From: Planctomycetota bacterium
Lineage (GTDB): Bacteria > Planctomycetota > GCA-002687715 > CAIWVZ01
Assembly (NCBI GenBank): GCA_044222185.1
Contig: JBGANV010000001.1
Location: forward strand, 576,001 to 640,000
Length of the DNA: 64,000 nucleotides
Direction of reading: 5' to 3'
The translations under genes were made by a program, and so were the position numbers. The notes beneath the pieces were generated by a model. It had not been told where the DNA came from and made no database searches. It saw nothing but the letters and a program-made list of their open reading frames with translations. Shown here in pieces: positions 58,676 to 64,000 of this stretch (its first letter is position 1; each line of letters begins with the position of its first letter).

Positions 58676-61600
58676 TCAGCGGGGACGGACGCTCCGCAGT
58701 TTCGGAACCGGGAGCGTACCGCTCGGCGAGAGCACGGCGACTCGGGCGTCGACCTCGGCCAGCCAGTCGGGGTGGCGCCGGATTCGTCGTAGGGACGCGC
58801 CCCATTCGGCGATCTCGGCGGCGTTGAACCCGGCTCGCTTCATTCCATGGTCGAGGAGGGTCCTGGCGTCGTTCTGAAGGCCCGACAGCACGGCGGCTTC
58901 GAACAGGTCACGATCGAGCGGTGGGTCGAGCGCGCGCGGGTTCTTCAGCAGATCCTTGACCACGGCTGCGGCCTCGGCCATCGCGGCGACGGAGGCCGTG
59001 CCGCGGGAGGCTTTCGCCCACGCGGATGCAACGGCCATGTCGGGCGCCGACGCGGCCGCCGGAGATAGCTTGCCGAACGCCTGGGCGATCGCTTCCGGTT
59101 CATGGCGTGCGAGGCCGAGACGCACCAGGAGTTGGAAGTCGTGGGCCTCGAGTGCGGGTTTCATGCGCACGATCTGCTCGGCTTCGACCAGGTGTCCACG
59201 CGCGGCGAGCGCAGCGGCGAGGTCGGACAGCGCGCTCGGCGGCGGCGCGCCATCGAGGGTCGTGATGAACTTCGCCGCATTCGACAGGCCGTTCGCATCC
59301 AGAGTCGCCACGGCTGCCGTGTACACGACGAGGGGATCGCGTCCGCTCCCCTCGAGCAGGCCTCGAACCGCGTCGGCGGCCTGGGCCGGGCGGCCGAGTT
59401 CGAGCAGCGTCCAGGCTCGCAGCACGTCGAACGCCTTGGCGCTGTCCGCCGCGCGTTCCCGCATGCGTCCGATCATGGCCAGACCCTGGGACGGCGCGAG
59501 ACCCGTGACGACGGACAGGCGCACGAGCGCCAGGTCGTGGGCCATGAGCCCCGCGTCCTCGGGTTTCCGTTCGGCGAGCGAGACAATCCCGTCCAGGTGA
59601 TCCCTCACGGTGATCGGCAGCTCGAGCGCCGCGACGGCCTGGTGCGCGTCCGTGAAGTTGCGGGCGATCAGCGCCGCGCAGACGGCCGCGAAGGTTCCCT
59701 TCTGGGCATCCGCGCGCATGGCGACCGCGCCGACCAGTCCCTGGACTTCCGGGGTCGACGGCGTCCACGACGTTCCCTTCAGGATCTTGGCGGCCGAGCC
59801 CGGGTCGCCGCCGAGCGCGAGCAACGCGGCTGCGGCGACGCCGTTCTTCCCGTCGGCCCACGCCTGCATCGGCGCGATGATGAGAATCTCGACCCCATCC
59901 TTCGCGCTGCCACCGTCGATGGCGGATTCGGCGGCGATGAGCCGTCCGCGCGCGTTCATCGGGGAGAGCGAGAGGAGGGGCTTGAGGATGTTCCCGGTTC
60001 CGGCGATGTCGTGGGTCGCGGCCTTCAGCGACAGCGCCAGTTCGAGCGCCGTCGCCTTCTCGTCACCAGTGAGTTTCTCGGCAGCCGTCTCCAGCAGTGC
60101 CGCGGCTTCGACGGTCTTTCCGAGTCCGATGCGCGCCTTGGCGCGGAGGAAGGCGATCTGCCCTTCACTGATTCCCTTCACGCGCTCCAGGTCGTCCAGG
60201 TCCTCGAGTGCCTTCACCCACTGTTCGGTCGCGAGGTGCGCGGCGGCCGCAGCCTCGAGCGTCCATTGGTCGTGTTCGCCGGCCTTGCGGACGGCGTCCG
60301 CGGCCTCCGCAGCCGCGGGCATGTAACCCCACCGGCGCCCGATCATCGTCATCTGGCGGCGAACGGCCGCGTCCCGTCCGGCAGCCTTCATGGCGACGAG
60401 GTGATCGAGCGCGCCGACGATGTCCCCGCTCCAAAGGCGGTTGAGGAAGACGGCGACGTGCATCTCGACACGCTCCGCCTCGTCCTTCGTCGATGCCGCT
60501 GCGGCCTCGAATGCCGCGGCTGCCTCCCGGAATGCCTTGACGCGGTTCAGCGCCTCGGCGGCGCTCCGCCGGAGCTTTGGATTCGACTTGGGGTCCTTGG
60601 CGACGGAGATCAGTCGTTCGACGCCCTCGGCCGGGTTGGGGGACGTCGACAGCGCCTCCCCGACGGCGAACCGGACGTCCAGATCCTCGGGGAGCTGAGC
60701 CTCGACCCTTCGGAGGCAATCGAGGGCGCCGGCGGCGTCGCCGGAACCGAGTCGTGCGCGGCCCAGCGAGCGCAGCACGCGTGGATCCTCCGGGAACTCC
60801 TTCGCGAGGTCCTCGGCGATTCGCCGCGCCTCGGTCCACTCCCGTAGCTCGACCGTGAGTTCGAGGAGTAGGAGCCTCGCGCCCGGAATCGTCCGGTCGA
60901 TCTCGAGGGCCTTCGTGACGGCGGCCTTGGCCTCGAACAAGCGGTTCTGCTTGCGCAGGGCGAGGGCCTCGGTCCACGGAAGGTTCGGGTCGGTCGGGTT
61001 GAGGATTCGCGCCTGCCGGAGGTACTTGGCCGCGTCATCCCAGCGCCCGAGGTCGGTGGCGATCTTTGCGGCGAGCGCCCACGCTTCACCAATGCCAGGG
61101 AATTGCCGGCTCACCTCGAGGCAACGCGGTAGCGCGACGCTCGACGCACCGCTCTCGTGCTCGAGCTTCGCGAGCGCGAGTTTCAGGTACGGGTTCAGCG
61201 AATCGACCTTCAACATCCGCTTGGCGTCCGCGATCGTCTTCACGCCTGCGGCGCTGTCGTTGTAGAACGCCTTCGCCTCGGCCAGGAGTTTCTGGTGTTC
61301 GGGTGATGCGGGGCTCTGGAAGGAACGACGCAGCGTGTCCTCGATGAAGTCCCGAGCGATCTTGGGATCGCCGTATCGTGAGAGGAGGCGACCGTACTCG
61401 ATCGCCAGGTCGACGTCCTTGGGCAGTCCGGCGAGCGCGAGGCGGAACTGGTCCGACGCGCTCGCGTCGTTCTTCAGCGCCACGTAGCAGAGGCCCAAGG
61501 CCTTGCTGATGTCGGCGTTCGTGCGAGCGCTGACGTGTGCGCGTTCGAGGTACGCCAGTGCCTGTTCGGGTTGTTTCTCCCGCATGAGGATCTGGCCGCG

Positions 61601-62707
61601 GATGTAGTTGCCCCACGCGCTGCGGACGTTGTCGACGAGTACCGCATCGGCGATCTTCGAGGCGGCCGCGACGTCGCCTTTGGCCAGGTACAGGCGGGCG
61701 AGGCGCTCCATCAACGGCTCGTTGCCGGCGATCCATCCCGAGGTGAACTCGGGCTCGAGGATTGCCAGCGCTTCCTTGAACTTCTCCTGACGTTCGAGGA
61801 AGCCCGTGAGCAGGTCCAGTGCGCGTCCGCGGAAGTCGTTGAAGGCGACCCTCGCTGGCTTGTCTGCCAGGGTGGCATCATCCAGATCGATCACCTTCTT
61901 CATGGACCGGATCGCCTCGTCGACGTCGATACGCTCGATGGCGAGCATGCCGAGCTCGAAGTTGGCGCGGAAGGCGGTCGGTGACTTGGCGCTGGCCTCC
62001 TTGAAGTCGGCCTCCATCTTGGCCGTCGATTCCTGGAGGATGACCGCGTGCTCGCGGAAGCCCGCAGGCGTCTCCAGGTAGCGGTCCTTCATGAGTTGTT
62101 CGATCTTCTTCTTCACCTCCGCTTCGACGAACGCGGCGGGACGAACGCGTGAGCGCCAGAAGAAGTCGACGATCGGCTTCACGTCGGTGCCGTCGATCGC
62201 TTGCTTGCCCCACTCGCGGAACTTCTCCTGGTGAGCGAGTGCCTGCTTGCTCCACAGCTGGCCGCGTGTTTCGAAGAGCTCTCCGCGATCCGGGTGGGCC
62301 GCGATCAACTCGTCGATCGTCTTGAATGCAAGCGCGAAGTTGCCCTGGTCGGCATACACCTGCGCGAGGTTCTGGAGCGCTCGTTCGCGCCACACCGGAT
62401 CACGCGTCAGCTTCTCGAGGTGCTGGATCGCCTCGGCCTTCTGGTTCGAACGGGCGAGGCAGATCGCCAGGCTGTATTCCAGCGAGGCGTTGCCGGGGTC
62501 CTTGTTGAGCGCCCACTGGAACTCCTCGGCGGCCGACTTGTAGTCACGTTTCTCGAACGCGACGCGTGCCGTGGCCTCGTGATCGTTGCCGCATCCGGAC
62601 AGAACGGTGGCGACCGCCACGGATAGGATCGCGAGGATCCCGAAAGGGGCGGCGACTCTGCGCCCGCGGGTCAAAGCCTGCGGGTCCGGATCGGACGAAC
62701 GCTGCAT
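58676..62707 (-). CDS. Large TPR-repeat lipoprotein (1343 aa, PrsT-like architecture)
   Basis: ATG 62707 follows GAAGGAG, lipobox VLSGC, numerous TPR-like repeats. Confidence 0.78.
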   Translation of the reverse strand: MQRSSDPDPQALTRGRRVAAPFGILAILSVAVATVLSGCGNDHEATARVAFEKRDYKSAAEEFQWALNKDPGNASLEYSLAICLARSNQKAEAIQHLEKLTRDPVWRERALQNLAQVYADQGNFALAFKTIDELIAAHPDRGELFETRGQLWSKQALAHQEKFREWGKQAIDGTDVKPIVDFFWRSRVRPAAFVEAEVKKKIEQLMKDRYLETPAGFREHAVILQESTAKMEADFKEASAKSPTAFRANFELGMLAIERIDVDEAIRSMKKVIDLDDATLADKPARVAFNDFRGRALDLLTGFLERQEKFKEALAILEPEFTSGWIAGNEPLMERLARLYLAKGDVAAASKIADAVLVDNVRSAWGNYIRGQILMREKQPEQALAYLERAHVSARTNADISKALGLCYVALKNDASASDQFRLALAGLPKDVDLAIEYGRLLSRYGDPKIARDFIEDTLRRSFQSPASPEHQKLLAEAKAFYNDSAAGVKTIADAKRMLKVDSLNPYLKLALAKLEHESGASSVALPRCLEVSRQFPGIGEAWALAAKIATDLGRWDDAAKYLRQARILNPTDPNLPWTEALALRKQNRLFEAKAAVTKALEIDRTIPGARLLLLELTVELREWTEARRIAEDLAKEFPEDPRVLRSLGRARLGSGDAAGALDCLRRVEAQLPEDLDVRFAVGEALSTSPNPAEGVERLISVAKDPKSNPKLRRSAAEALNRVKAFREAAAAFEAAAASTKDEAERVEMHVAVFLNRLWSGDIVGALDHLVAMKAAGRDAAVRRQMTMIGRRWGYMPAAAEAADAVRKAGEHDQWTLEAAAAAHLATEQWVKALEDLDDLERVKGISEGQIAFLRAKARIGLGKTVEAAALLETAAEKLTGDEKATALELALSLKAATHDIAGTGNILKPLLSLSPMNARGRLIAAESAIDGGSAKDGVEILIIAPMQAWADGKNGVAAAALLALGGDPGSAAKILKGTSWTPSTPEVQGLVGAVAMRADAQKGTFAAVCAALIARNFTDAHQAVAALELPITVRDHLDGIVSLAERKPEDAGLMAHDLALVRLSVVTGLAPSQGLAMIGRMRERAADSAKAFDVLRAWTLLELGRPAQAADAVRGLLEGSGRDPLVVYTAAVATLDANGLSNAAKFITTLDGAPPPSALSDLAAALAARGHLVEAEQIVRMKPALEAHDFQLLVRLGLARHEPEAIAQAFGKLSPAAASAPDMAVASAWAKASRGTASVAAMAEAAAVVKDLLKNPRALDPPLDRDLFEAAVLSGLQNDARTLLDHGMKRAGFNAAEIAEWGASLRRIRRHPDWLAEVDARVAVLSPSGTLPVPKLRSVRPR

Positions 62708-62862
62708 CGGGGCTCCTTCGGTCAGTCGGATCGCCCAAGAAGGGGGCCCGGACCTCTTCGTGAGAGTGATCGACCGCTCGCGCGACTGGGGTGAAGCGGC
62801 ATCAGTTGGCGGTTTTACCTCCGATCCTTGGTGCGGCGAAGGGATTGGGCCCGACCGGGCCG

Positions 62863-63612
62863 TCAGCGACTCTTGCGGCCGACCCGGATCGCCAGTGGCC
62901 AGACCGCGCGGAGCGACACCCCTGCGGGCCATGCGTGCTCCAGTTCGCGTCGCAGGTCGGGAAGCGGGTCCCTGCCTTCACGGAGACGGCACTCCTTCAC
63001 GGCGGACCACGTCCCGACGTAGCCCATCAGCCGGTCGACCGTGAGATCCTCCGCCATGGACCAGGACCCGAACGGGAGCGATTCGAACGGGAACGGCAGG
63101 TCGACGTATCCGCGCTCCACGTGGCGGCGTTCCGCAGGCCAGAAGGCACCGATCCGGTCGAAGTAGAACCGGTCGACGATCGGCCCGATGGGCGGCTCCA
63201 GCTCGATTCGCCCGTAGCACCAGGCGGCGACGACCCCGCCAGGCTTGAGCACGCGACGCACCTCGGCGTGAAATCGATCCAGGTCGAACCAATGGAGCGC
63301 TTGGGCGACGGTGACGAGATCCACGCACTCCTCGTCGAGTCCGGTCCCGTCCTCGGCGCAGACCCGGTATCGGATCCGGGGCTGGGGTCTGGTGCGTGCG
63401 ATCTGCTCGGCGCTCGCATCGGTGGCGAGGACCCGGGCGAAGTGCGCGGCCAGAAGCGCCGCCGCCTGGCCGTTGCCCGTTCCCGCGTCCCACGCCAGTT
63501 CCCTTGCGGGCGCCAGGGCCGCCAGCTGCTCGATGAGCGTGGGGGGATACACCGGGCGATACGCTGCGTAGGCGTCGGCGCACCCGGAGAAATGATCGGA
63601 GAACGACGACAT
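62863..63612 (-). CDS. Class I SAM-dependent methyltransferase
   Basis: DHFS..A..YA.YRP.YP, WDAGTGNGQAA, VAQALHWFD, LKPGG. Confidence 0.9.
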   Translation of the reverse strand: MSSFSDHFSGCADAYAAYRPVYPPTLIEQLAALAPARELAWDAGTGNGQAAALLAAHFARVLATDASAEQIARTRPQPRIRYRVCAEDGTGLDEECVDLVTVAQALHWFDLDRFHAEVRRVLKPGGVVAAWCYGRIELEPPIGPIVDRFYFDRIGAFWPAERRHVERGYVDLPFPFESLPFGSWSMAEDLTVDRLMGYVGTWSAVKECRLREGRDPLPDLRRELEHAWPAGVSLRAVWPLAIRVGRKSR

Positions 63613-63694
63613 GGCGGGGGCGGTTTAGCGCGTGTGGCCGTCGGCGTCGACCGCGACTCGTGTGCGGGACGACTTGCGTCATTAGGATCGAGGC

Positions 63695-64000
63695 GTGGTG
63701 AAGACGGCAGGAACGTTCATCGGCGTCGACGGCGGCGGGAGCCGATCGCGTGGAGTGCTGGTCGGGCCGGATGGCCGCGGCCGGCGCGCGGACGGCGGTC
63801 CGCTCAACCCCAATCGGGCGGGTCCGGCTGGGGTGACGGCCAACCTCACGGCACTCCTGCGAGAACTGACACGGGACGAGCTGCTGCGACCGCTCCACGT
63901 CGACGGCGTCTGCCTAGGGCTCTCCGGTCGGTCGCATCCGCTCGTGCCCGAGCTGGTCCGCCGCGCGTTCGCCGACGCGGAAGTCACGTGTGACGGGCCG
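63695..64000 (+). CDS. BadF/BadG/BcrA/BcrD-family ATPase (N-acetylglucosamine kinase-like), 3' partial
   Basis: Manual translation: FIGVDGGGSRSRGVL...GGPLNP...VCLGLSG. Runs off the window end. Confidence 0.75.
   Translation, partial: MVKTAGTFIGVDGGGSRSRGVLVGPDGRGRRADGGPLNPNRAGPAGVTANLTALLRELTRDELLRPLHVDGVCLGLSGRSHPLVPELVRRAFADAEVTCDGP

Overview
High-GC bacterial chromosomal segment, most likely PVC superphylum and probably Planctomycetota. This placement is inferred from a Minf_1886-type small protein, a kinase-WD40 fusion and an EF-P with a PGNW tip. The window is densely coding, with about 50 CDS and one tRNA-Val(GAC). No transposase, integrase, prophage or CRISPR array is visible. In order: Ser/Thr kinase-WD40 (partial), HtrA, lipoprotein, CvpA, tRNA-Val; ald-gmd-rmd-MATE-pafB-pafC; TPR/metallopeptidase-divergent dnaA-holB-Minf_1886; a HEAT-repeat S41 protease with an inserted Ca-binding-like repeat array; asparaginase-radical SAM-hypothetical-efp-comM; NSS/APC amino-acid transporters; moaA-moaC-mog; accB-accC; then a ~28 kb nucleotide-sugar and Wzy-type polysaccharide locus resembling exosortase-A (PEP-CTERM)-associated loci but with no exosortase in the window. 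Best candidates for an undescribed system: (1) an Asn-tipped EF-P next to an asparaginase and an atypical radical SAM enzyme; (2) a DnaA paralogue lacking the arginine finger, coupled to an exported TPR metallopeptidase and preceded by DnaA-box-like repeats; (3) a PafBC-type WYL pair without pup/pafA genes nearby; (4) the repeat-inserted S41 protease. All family calls come from motif recognition by eye; no database searches were run.
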